From Calditrichales bacterium (lineage in GTDB: Bacteria; Calditrichota; Calditrichia; Calditrichales; J004), in NCBI GenBank assembly GCA_965267575.1, contig OZ254086.1:768001-832000 (forward strand): a stretch of DNA of 64,000 bases, read 5' to 3'. A model generated the notes under the pieces. It was not told where the DNA came from. It was given only the letters and a program-made list of their open reading frames with translations, and did not search any database. A program made the position numbers and the translations under genes. Positions 55,889-64,000 of this stretch are shown piece by piece (within the stretch, counting starts at the first letter, position 1; every line of letters begins with the position of its first letter).

Positions 55889-58114
55889 CTATGCAAACCT
55901 GTTTTTTGCGGCAACGATGGTGCCCAGCGTCAGCAAGATCGTTCCCAGCCAAAGGACGTTCATGAATGGCTTTTTGCTCACTTCCACCAGAAGCTGCTTT
56001 TGAGGAGCAGCCTGGGCTGATTTGGAGCCCGCACCTTCCAGGGCAATTTCCACGCGACCGGAGCCGGCATCGATCCCGTGCAGATCAATCATTATTTCCT
56101 GGCCGCCCGCAGAGGTAAAGGTTGCCGGCTGCGACGTGCGCTGGCCGTTTTCCATCAGAACGGCGGGTGTAATATCATATTCATTACCGTCGCGACTAAC
56201 TTTCAGCCTGGCGCCAACATGGAAGGCATTGGTGTTTTCGTGGCTGGACATATCAAAATCTATAAATGTGATTTGATAGCCGGACATCTCAACCGTCTGC
56301 CCTTTGCTGATCACTTTATGCTCATGATCGTGACCCGTGGCCGCACCGCCCTGCCGCACCACTTGCAATGGAGATATATAAGTATCGCTGAAAAGAGAGC
56401 GCTCAACGTGCGGCTCGTGCATTTCGCTGCGTGTATAATCGTTCATGTAAAGACGCGGACGGGCCTCATAGCTGTCGCCGCCCTCCATCACTTTTATAAT
56501 CAGGCCGTCTTTACCGTCGGGGCTTTGGAAATCGCCGCTGTAGGTCATGGTCAGATCAAAGACATTTTGCGGCTGTTCCAGCGGCAGCAGCACACGCTGG
56601 TCTTCGGCAAAACGCCCGGCCATTATGATACCGATGAACATCATACCAAGACCGATATGTCCCAGCGGCGCGGCTGTATTGCTGAAACCGAAACGCAGCT
56701 TCTGGAAAAAGACAATCAGATTGCTGGTAAAAGCGATGGCGCTTACGATCAGAAAGAGCAGCAGCCAGACGTCTGTAAGCCCAAAGACAAAGCCCAGCAC
56801 GCCAACGATCAATCCGCTGGCGACGGTGGGTGTCAGTTTGCGCATAAGGTCGGGGAAGTCGTGCCCGCGCCAGGACAGAAAAGGCGCGACAGAAAGCAGC
56901 AAGGCAATCAGAATACCGATGGGCAGGTTCACATCATTATAAAAGGAGATGTCCACCTGCGAAGGCTGCCCGGCTATGCCCGTAAGGATAGGAGAAGAGG
57001 TGCCGATGAGCGTGAGAAACGCCGAAAGCAGCAGCACGACCATCGAATAGAACAGAACGCTTTCTTTAGTAAACTTGGAAAAGTCGATTTTTTCACCGGG
57101 TATGGCGTCGCGCCTGCTGTAAAAAAAGCCCAGCCCGCCAACAAATGCCAGCAGCATAAAAATTATCAGGTAAATATCAATGCCGCGGTCGGCGAAGGAG
57201 TGTACGGAAAAATCGGCCAACACCCCGCTGCGTGTCAGGTAAGTGGCGTAAATTACAAGTGTGAATGAAACAATCGACAAAGCGATATTGCTTTTATGCA
57301 GCGCGTTGGTTGTGCGCGTAATGAGCATGCCATGGAACAAGGCCAGAACTGCCAGCCAGGCGATCAGTGAAGAGTTTTCCACCGGGTCCCAGCCCCAGTA
57401 ACCACCCCAGCCCAGCACTTCGTAGGCCCAGAAACCACCGATGATAATACCGGCGCCGAGTGTTACGGAAGCGAACAGCGTCCAGGGTAATGCGATGTGT
57501 ACCCACTCTTTAAAATCCTTTTGCCACAGGGTAGCCAGGGCCAGCGCAAAAGGCACGCTGACGGCGGCATAACCAATAAACAGGATCGGCGGATGGATCA
57601 CCATCCAGGGGTTTTGCAACAGCGGATTAAGACCGGCACCATCGGGAGGATTGCCCTGCTGAATCTCGAAGGGACTGGCTTTTATAAGCAGAATAAGAAA
57701 AGCCGCCTGTACCAGATTGTAAAACAGCATGGAGCGCGCTTCGAACTGCCGTGAGCTTCGGATCAGCCATAAGCCGATCAGAGCAATCATCAATGCCCAG
57801 AACAGGAAGGAGCCTTCCTGGCCGGCCCAAAAAGATGAGAACAGATAGCCAAAGCCCAGATCGCGGGATGAGTATTGATAAACGTATAGTACCTTAAACT
57901 GGTGTGAAAAAAGCAGGTACCAAAGATAAACAGAGGCCAGAACAACCAGCGTGGTCATAGTGTAGTAGGCGAAGCGGGCACGTTTTAAGGTATCCGCCAG
58001 GATTTTGTCGGCACGCTTTTTCTTTGGATCCACCCATGTGGCCTGAAGATAAGCCCAGGCGGAGAAAAGTGTTGCAGCCAAAGCCAGGTAAATAGCCAGA
58101 AAACCCAATTTCAT
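55889..58114 (-). CDS. ccmF: Cytochrome c maturation heme lyase CcmF
   Basis: Motifs WAGQEGS, GLNPLLQNP..IHPP, WAYEVLGWGGYWGWDPVEN (WWD) and TRSG...SVHSF. Confidence 0.95.
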   Translation of the reverse strand: MKLGFLAIYLALAATLFSAWAYLQATWVDPKKKRADKILADTLKRARFAYYTMTTLVVLASVYLWYLLFSHQFKVLYVYQYSSRDLGFGYLFSSFWAGQEGSFLFWALMIALIGLWLIRSSRQFEARSMLFYNLVQAAFLILLIKASPFEIQQGNPPDGAGLNPLLQNPWMVIHPPILFIGYAAVSVPFALALATLWQKDFKEWVHIALPWTLFASVTLGAGIIIGGFWAYEVLGWGGYWGWDPVENSSLIAWLAVLALFHGMLITRTTNALHKSNIALSIVSFTLVIYATYLTRSGVLADFSVHSFADRGIDIYLIIFMLLAFVGGLGFFYSRRDAIPGEKIDFSKFTKESVLFYSMVVLLLSAFLTLIGTSSPILTGIAGQPSQVDISFYNDVNLPIGILIALLLSVAPFLSWRGHDFPDLMRKLTPTVASGLIVGVLGFVFGLTDVWLLLFLIVSAIAFTSNLIVFFQKLRFGFSNTAAPLGHIGLGMMFIGIIMAGRFAEDQRVLLPLEQPQNVFDLTMTYSGDFQSPDGKDGLIIKVMEGGDSYEARPRLYMNDYTRSEMHEPHVERSLFSDTYISPLQVVRQGGAATGHDHEHKVISKGQTVEMSGYQITFIDFDMSSHENTNAFHVGARLKVSRDGNEYDITPAVLMENGQRTSQPATFTSAGGQEIMIDLHGIDAGSGRVEIALEGAGSKSAQAAPQKQLLVEVSKKPFMNVLWLGTILLTLGTIVAAKNRFA

Positions 58115-58378
58115 TTTCGATTCCTTTCTTAGGGATTACGGGGTACGGAATTAAGATATAAATATACACATAATATTTAACGGCGCAAACGACTTTAGAC
58201 GCTTTCTGTACGATTTTGCATCGCATAAGCAGGACGGCAAAAACCAGATGTTTTAATAGCTTGAAGAAGAAAACTACGGCCCAGGGTGCCGTTTACTTAT
58301 TTCGTAGTATTCACCGCGCATCAGTATCGCTTCATTCATTGTGATCAAAAACAAAAATACTTGCTTATTTTCTTTATC

Positions 58379-58419
58379 AGCGAAATTTCGCTTGACAACC
58401 GATTTTCACGTCCTATATT
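58379..58419 (+). promoter_or_regulatory. Promoter of the glyoxylate operon with an adjoining palindromic operator
   Basis: Perfect 14-bp palindrome AGCGAAATTTCGCT (58379-58392) overlapping TTGACA (58392-58397); 16 nt spacer; TATATT (58414-58419). Confidence 0.55.
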
Positions 58420-58447
58420 TTTCCCGCAAACAAAAAAAGGCCTGGTA

Positions 58448-60337
58448 ATGAACTTTACGATCCGCAATAATCTGCAAACGCACTACAGTGACATCTATAC
58501 CCCTGAAGCGCTGGAGGTTCTGAACAGCCTGCAACATCTTAATGAAGAGCGTCTGCACCTGATGCGGAAACGTGTCAACCGGCGCACAGAACGTTTTAAC
58601 AAAAAACAGCGCATTGATTTCCTGAATCCGAGCGAAAAAATCCCCGGCACCAGCATCACCGTGCAACAGGCCCGTGAAGGAAAATTTGAAGGCTCCGACA
58701 TACCACATGACCTGCAGCGTCAATGGATACAGGGCACGGGTCCCGCGGCCAAACCCAACAGCAGCGTGGAAAAGTCAATCCGCAACGTGGCTTACGCCCT
58801 GCTCTCCGGCGCCGACGGCTGGATGTTTGACGGCGAAGACGCCTTGGGACAAATCAACAGCATGTCGCTGGACAACCAGCGTAATCTTAAACTGGCTATC
58901 AGCCGCAACGTGATTTTTCTGGAAGCAGCCAAAACCGTGGCCACGGAAATGAACGCCTGGGCGCGTAATTTTTTTGGCCGCTCCATCATCGCCGACTGGC
59001 GCGAGCAGCTGGATTTTACCACTGTCATTTTCCGCGCGCGCGGCCTGCACCTGGACGATCGCCATACGCGCGACGCGAAAGGCAACGGTCTATCAGCATC
59101 GCTCGTAGATGCCGTGCTTTACGTGGTAAATAACTACGAGGCGCTACAACAGCAAAAGCGCTCCGTTGTACTTTACCTGCCCAAAATTCAAACCGCGGAA
59201 GAGGCCGCTTTTTGGCATAAAATGCTTGGTGCCTTGGAGCAGCATCTTGGTCTGGAGGTTGGCACCATCAAAGTATATGTGCTGGTAGAACAATTGGAAG
59301 CCACCTTTCAGCTTATGGAAATCCGCGCCGCGCTGGGTGTGCGCTTTGTGGGCTACAACACCGGCCGATGGGACTATATCAACTCCGTTTCCGATGCCAT
59401 GGCCTGGGACGAGGAATTCATCAATCCCAATATCGAAGAAATAGTAATGACGTATGGCTATATGCGCCACTACGAAGACCGCGTGCGGCGCTGCGTGAAC
59501 ACACCGGACCAAAACGGCAACTTCGCTTTGTGGCAGGGCGGCATGGAGCCCAACATCCCTGTCGGTTCGGAAGTGGGTATTAAAAACAGCATGGAAAAAG
59601 CCGTGGCCGGGGCCAGGCGTGAGCAGCAGGAAGGCGCCAGCGGCAAGTGGGTGGCGCATTGGCGCATGGTACACATTGTACGTCCCGTGTGGGAAGAGGC
59701 GGGTGAAGACAATCAGCTTGGACGCAATTTTCCCGCGTTGACCTACACGCAGCACGATGCCGACAACCTGTTGTTGCTTGAGCCGGCTGAGCGCAGCATT
59801 CGTGGTGCGCGCAATTTGCTAAGCGTGGCCCTGCAATACGGCAACGCTTTTGGTCAGGGTATGCAGGCGGCGGCGTTGAAGCCGGCCGACTATTTTGGCA
59901 ATGATGATATTCTTTACCTGATGGAAGACATGGCCACGGGTGAAATCCGTATGAGCATTTTGTGGGAGTGGATTCACAAAAAGGCAAAGCTCAACAAGGA
60001 TGATGAGGAAACAGGCTTAAAGGCCGGCGACCTGTTCAGCATAGAGATTTTTGAAAGGTTGCTACAGGAAGAATACGATAAACTACTGCAGGCCCGTGAT
60101 AAAGATGTGTTTGATCATTCCAAGAAAACCACCCTGCCCATTGCCAGGGAAATCGTTAAAGCCTACATCAACGAAGAGATCAAAATACCGTGGTACATTG
60201 ATCTGCTGAATATAAATCTGAACAACATGAATATGGATACGGCCCGCAAACGCATTCAAAACTATTTAAAAGCTTTTAAAAAGGACGGCACCAGGATTAC
60301 GGAGAACCTGGACTTCTCGGCAACACTGTCATCCTGA
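58448..60337 (+). CDS. aceB: Malate synthase
   Basis: Probable start MNFTIR at 58448. Motifs WMFDGED, FRARGLHL, YLPKIQ..EEA..W, GYNTGRWDYINS, GKWVAH and YLMEDMATGEI. Co-transcribed with ICL. Confidence 0.92.
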   Translation: MNFTIRNNLQTHYSDIYTPEALEVLNSLQHLNEERLHLMRKRVNRRTERFNKKQRIDFLNPSEKIPGTSITVQQAREGKFEGSDIPHDLQRQWIQGTGPAAKPNSSVEKSIRNVAYALLSGADGWMFDGEDALGQINSMSLDNQRNLKLAISRNVIFLEAAKTVATEMNAWARNFFGRSIIADWREQLDFTTVIFRARGLHLDDRHTRDAKGNGLSASLVDAVLYVVNNYEALQQQKRSVVLYLPKIQTAEEAAFWHKMLGALEQHLGLEVGTIKVYVLVEQLEATFQLMEIRAALGVRFVGYNTGRWDYINSVSDAMAWDEEFINPNIEEIVMTYGYMRHYEDRVRRCVNTPDQNGNFALWQGGMEPNIPVGSEVGIKNSMEKAVAGARREQQEGASGKWVAHWRMVHIVRPVWEEAGEDNQLGRNFPALTYTQHDADNLLLLEPAERSIRGARNLLSVALQYGNAFGQGMQAAALKPADYFGNDDILYLMEDMATGEIRMSILWEWIHKKAKLNKDDEETGLKAGDLFSIEIFERLLQEEYDKLLQARDKDVFDHSKKTTLPIAREIVKAYINEEIKIPWYIDLLNINLNNMNMDTARKRIQNYLKAFKKDGTRITENLDFSATLSS

Positions 60338-60395
60338 ATACATTTCAGGATCCAAAGGCAGGCGGAAGAAGATGCTGAAACGAGTTCAGCATGAC
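60328..60395. repeat. REP-like inverted doublet (GTCAT-type short palindromes)
   Basis: GTCATCCTGAATACATTTCAGGATC (60328-60352) faces GATGCTGAAACGAGTTCAGCATGAC (60371-60395), whose reverse complement is GTCATGCTGAACTCGTTTCAGCATC. Confidence 0.8.
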
Positions 60396-60456
60396 GTTTA
60401 ATCGCCAGCGTGGTCCGAAATAAAGAATGAAACTTTCATAAAAGCAGGAGAGCCTC

Positions 60457-62718
60457 ATGGACAGATTTGAAAAAGATGTGCTGCAAACCAGGGAGTGGTT
60501 TAAAGGCCCGCGTTTTAAGGGCATCAACCGGCTGTACAGCGCCCGCCAGATTGCGGAACAGCGTGGTACTATTACCAACAGCTACCCGGTTGCCCAAAAC
60601 GCCGCCGCGGAATTTTACGATCTCCTGCGTGAGCTGTTTGCCAAAGGTGAATCGATAACAACCTTTGGACCCTATTCGCCGGGGCAGGCGGTTATGATGA
60701 AGCGTCTGGGGATAAAAGGTATCTACCTGGGCGGCTGGGCTACATCGGCCAAAGGCTCCGTAAGCGAAGATCCCGGCGCCGACCTGGCCAGCTATCCCCT
60801 GAGCCAGGTGCCCAACGAAGCGGCACCCATTGTCCGTGCTTTGCTGGCAGCCGATAAAAATCAGCAATACCTGCGCTCGCGCATGACCGAAGCGGAACGT
60901 AAAAAAACACCCGAGTATGACTACCGTCCGTTCATTATTGCCGACGCCGATACCGGTCATGGCGGCGACGCCCATGTACGCAACCTGATCCGCCGTTTCG
61001 TGGAGGCCGGTGTGACCGGTTACCACATCGAAGACCAGCGCGCGGGCACCAAAAAATGCGGCCACCAGGGCGGTAAAGTGCTCGTTTCCATCGACGAACA
61101 GATCAAGCGGCTCAACTCGGCGCGTTTCCAACTGGACGTGATGAACGTGCCGGGCATCATCGTGGCCCGCACCGATGCCGAAGCGGCCACGCTTTTGGAC
61201 AACAACGGCGATGATCGCGACCATCCGTTTATCCTCGGGGTGACCAACCTGGAAATCCCCAGTTACAAAACCTGTATGCTCGCCATCATGAAGCGTTTTT
61301 ACGACAAAGGCGTGGAAGAAATCAACGGCCACCAGCTATACGATCTAAGCGAGAGCAGCTATAAAAAGGCGTTGCACTGGTTTGAAAGCGCCGCTATCCT
61401 TGAAAAAATCGATGCTGAAATCAAGGCTTACAGCGATGGCAGCCAGCACCTGGTGGATCGCGCTTTAAACGCCGCGCAAGACCTGTTTGTTGAAGCCTGG
61501 GAAGTGGAATCGGGTTTGACCACATACCCCGAAGCGGTGGCTGAAGCGATGCGTTTTCAGCAGGAGGAAGGCACGGAGTTCCCGATGAGCGCCGACGAAT
61601 GGCTGGAATATGCCGGTTCGGTTTCTCTGGAAGAGGCTCGCGCCAAAACATTGGAAATGGACCTTGATGAAGTGCCCTGGAGCGCCGAGCTTTCGCGCAC
61701 ACCTGAAGGCTACTACCAGGTACGCGGCGGCATTCCTTACGCCATCGCCAAGTCACTTGCCGTGGCTCCCTATTGTGATATCCTGTGGATGGAAACAAAA
61801 ACGGCCAAACTGGAAGATGCCAAAAAGTTTGCCGATGCCATCCACGCCGTTTACCCGGACAAAATGCTGGCCTACAACCTGTCTCCTTCCTTTAACTGGG
61901 ATACTACCGGCATGAACGACGAGGAGATGCGCGCCTTCCCGATCGAGTTGGGCAAGATGGGTTTTGTGTTCAATTTTATCACCTACGGCGGGCACCAGAT
62001 CGACGGGTTGGTGGCCGAGGAATTTGCCACATCGCTACAGCAAAACGGCATGCTGGCGCTGGCCCGGTTGCAGCGCAAACTGCGTCTGCTGGAATCGCCC
62101 TACAAAACCCCGCAAACCCACGTCGGCGGCCCCAGGCTGGATGGCGCGTTGGCCGCTTCGTCGGGTCGCACCGCCACCACCAAGGCCATGGGCAAAGGTT
62201 CCACCCAATTCCAGCATCTGGTACAAACCGAAGTGCCGGTACAATTGCTGGACGGCTGGCTGGAGCTGTGGAGCAAACACTACAACATCACCGGCACACT
62301 AACCGCGAAATTGCGTCCGCACCACGCCGGCTCGGAATTGTTGGAACTGCGCGTACAGGATGAGTTTGGCAACAAAATGTCGGACATCGTATTTGCCGTC
62401 ATTCAGGACCGCCGTAACAAGAACATCCTGTCCGTGCGCGACCAGAACAATCACAATGAAAATTTCCGCATGAAGCGTTTTATGACGTTGAACCAGATCT
62501 TTTTACTGCACCGCTACAAGGCGCACTCCATCCATTACGTGACGCCCAACGAGGACAACCGCCGCCAGACGGAGGGTATGAAAAAGCTGGGCATCTTCAG
62601 CGAGGTGAGCAAGGAGATCGGCGACATCATCGTGGCCACGGTTAACCGCGACAAGGTGCTGGAGCTGCTGAAGGAAGACCGAGTGAAGCTGAAGAAGCTG
62701 ATCGCCAAGGAAGAGTGA
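60457..62718 (+). CDS. aceA: Isocitrate lyase, long ICL2-type with extra C-terminal domain
   Basis: Motifs [22 protein letters not shown], catalytic KKCGH, ARTDAE, WMET and [10 protein letters not shown]; 753 aa with an internal insert and a C-terminal extension. Confidence 0.93.
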   Translation: MDRFEKDVLQTREWFKGPRFKGINRLYSARQIAEQRGTITNSYPVAQNAAAEFYDLLRELFAKGESITTFGPYSPGQAVMMKRLGIKGIYLGGWATSAKGSVSEDPGADLASYPLSQVPNEAAPIVRALLAADKNQQYLRSRMTEAERKKTPEYDYRPFIIADADTGHGGDAHVRNLIRRFVEAGVTGYHIEDQRAGTKKCGHQGGKVLVSIDEQIKRLNSARFQLDVMNVPGIIVARTDAEAATLLDNNGDDRDHPFILGVTNLEIPSYKTCMLAIMKRFYDKGVEEINGHQLYDLSESSYKKALHWFESAAILEKIDAEIKAYSDGSQHLVDRALNAAQDLFVEAWEVESGLTTYPEAVAEAMRFQQEEGTEFPMSADEWLEYAGSVSLEEARAKTLEMDLDEVPWSAELSRTPEGYYQVRGGIPYAIAKSLAVAPYCDILWMETKTAKLEDAKKFADAIHAVYPDKMLAYNLSPSFNWDTTGMNDEEMRAFPIELGKMGFVFNFITYGGHQIDGLVAEEFATSLQQNGMLALARLQRKLRLLESPYKTPQTHVGGPRLDGALAASSGRTATTKAMGKGSTQFQHLVQTEVPVQLLDGWLELWSKHYNITGTLTAKLRPHHAGSELLELRVQDEFGNKMSDIVFAVIQDRRNKNILSVRDQNNHNENFRMKRFMTLNQIFLLHRYKAHSIHYVTPNEDNRRQTEGMKKLGIFSEVSKEIGDIIVATVNRDKVLELLKEDRVKLKKLIAKEE

Positions 62719-62758
62719 AAGATGTGCTAGTGTGTAAAGTATTATTGTGTTAATGCTG

Positions 62759-62789
62759 GGGCGCTGGGGATGCGCCCTTTCTTTATTTT
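62759..62789 (+). terminator. Intrinsic terminator
   Basis: GGGCGC-TGGGGAT-GCGCCC followed by TTTCTTTATTTT, between convergent genes. Confidence 0.65.
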
Positions 62790-62802
62790 CAGGATTTAGA
62801 TT

Positions 62803-63642
62803 CTAAAAGTGCGGTAACCACATACCCATGGTTGTGGCAAATATGCCGACTGCCATAATGCCGGTCAGCAAGAAAATAAACGCGGCCACCAGCGAAGAGC
62901 CTGTTTGGCCCGCGCGTGATTCGGCCCAAAAGAATAATTCCAATACTGCAAGCGGCAGCAGGTATTGGGCAAAAGCGAGGATATCCAAAAACGGGCCGCG
63001 GAAAGTGGCCATATCAAAACCCACCGGACCCCCGTGGATAAACAGCCACAACATCAACCCGATCCGGAAAAACCAAACCCCGCTGACGGCCATAAACAAC
63101 CGCAATATCCAACGCCGGTGACGTGTAATACGCCGCGCCATAGCGTGGCGCAGGGCGATATACCCAAAAACCATAATTAAAACAGCGTTGATACTGATGC
63201 TGACGGCGCCAAGGGGTCCACTGGCCGACCCTCGAATAAATATCATGTAAAGACCGTCGAGACTGATGGCAAAAGCGGTAAACATGTATATTCTGCCATT
63301 AATGCGGTGCAGCAATGGAAGGCGGGCTCGCAGCTGTGCGGAAAATTGTAGGGGAGCCAATACAAGAATAATAAAGGCAAGCAGAATGTGCACAGCCACG
63401 GCCAGATTGCCCATCGTATCGCCAGACACGTATCCATGAGGCATAAAAGTATTCCATGCTTCAAACTCCCCGCGTACGGCGGAGCGGCCATATAAGGCGA
63501 TGAGATAATAGGCGAAGATCCACTGACCGACTACAGCCACGCTGAACCAGGCCAGGGCCGCTTTAGCCAGCAGGCCGCTTCCACGCTGAGCCGGTGGCGC
63601 GATAATTTGGTTTCCTGCACTTACGGTATCTTTTATGTTCAT
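62803..63642 (-). CDS. DUF2306 family membrane protein
   Basis: Multiple TM helices; motifs H...PLQF...LR...P.LHR.NGR.Y and HRRWILR. Confidence 0.8.
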   Translation of the reverse strand: MNIKDTVSAGNQIIAPPAQRGSGLLAKAALAWFSVAVVGQWIFAYYLIALYGRSAVRGEFEAWNTFMPHGYVSGDTMGNLAVAVHILLAFIILVLAPLQFSAQLRARLPLLHRINGRIYMFTAFAISLDGLYMIFIRGSASGPLGAVSISINAVLIMVFGYIALRHAMARRITRHRRWILRLFMAVSGVWFFRIGLMLWLFIHGGPVGFDMATFRGPFLDILAFAQYLLPLAVLELFFWAESRAGQTGSSLVAAFIFLLTGIMAVGIFATTMGMWLPHF

Positions 63643-63929
63643 GGCTTTTCCCGGGGATGTTGCTGATGTGCCTGATACGGGCTTTCGCGATGCTTGTTAC
63701 ATAAGTGTATTCACGCGGCAACGCTCTGACCGGTTATATTTATAACACGGCTTTTTGTGACGCGCTTGGGTTGTGTCGAAAGAACAAAGTTTAAATTGAC
63801 CCACAATTTATTTCTATAAACACACCTAGCTTCATTCTACAACTTTTTAAATGAAAGGAGCCCGGTCCGGTAATTACCTTTTATTTTTTGTACCTGATAT
63901 ACAACCCACCACAACCAGGAGGATATTTG

Positions 63930-64000
63930 ATGAAGAGATCAAATAGGCTATTCACTCTCGTTTTGCTTCTTTCCGTTTTTATGCTTGTACAGTGCAGTAA
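63930..64000 (+). CDS. Start of a probable lipoprotein, truncated by the window edge
   Basis: AGGAGG RBS followed by MKRSNRLFTLVLLLSVFMLVQCS (signal peptide ending in Cys). Confidence 0.6.
   Translation, partial: MKRSNRLFTLVLLLSVFMLVQCS

Noticed and set aside
55889-58114. Isolated ccmF with a GHDHEH insert as a novel system
   Set aside because: Split ccm loci are common and the remaining genes may lie elsewhere; the short His patch alone is weak evidence.
63643-63929. Intergenic region as a riboswitch or sRNA
   Set aside because: I could not recognise a conserved aptamer, a convincing terminator or a correctly spaced promoter; an Rfam search would be needed.

Overview
A gene-dense bacterial chromosomal window. 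Its TonB-receptor/PorV cassette and many secreted proteins with T9SS-like C-terminal sorting domains suggest an FCB-related lineage such as Calditrichota (inference). In order it contains: (1) a TBDR / secreted protein / PorV operon divergent from an M20 peptidase / RpiR / cyanophycinase operon; (2) a secreted protein with a thrombospondin C-terminal-like domain; (3) detoxification genes and an RND efflux pump; (4) an unannotated minus-strand sRNA candidate with GGA hairpins, resembling RsmY/RsmZ; (5) three tandem secreted paralogs with variable N-halves and a near-identical ~880 bp repeat; (6) a bacterial microcompartment (BMC) operon with a ParA ATPase, a BMC-wHTH fusion, an apparently inactive Pta and no signature enzyme, interrupted by a GxxExxY gene bracketed by two pairs of CACAGAG-based inverted repeats; (7) a LytS/LytTR pair, a serine hydrolase, MpaA, a PlpD-like patatin and an SdrD-repeat protein; (8) a signalling operon (REC-PP2C and a pseudokinase-AAA-GAF-histidine kinase) enclosing an MpaB/Lcp-type oxygenase and a Pyr4/PaxB-type membrane cyclase homolog; (9) ccmF and a glyoxylate-shunt operon with a long ICL2-type isocitrate lyase. 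I saw no rRNA, tRNA, CRISPR array, integrase or transposase. All family calls come from motif recognition by eye, not from database searches.
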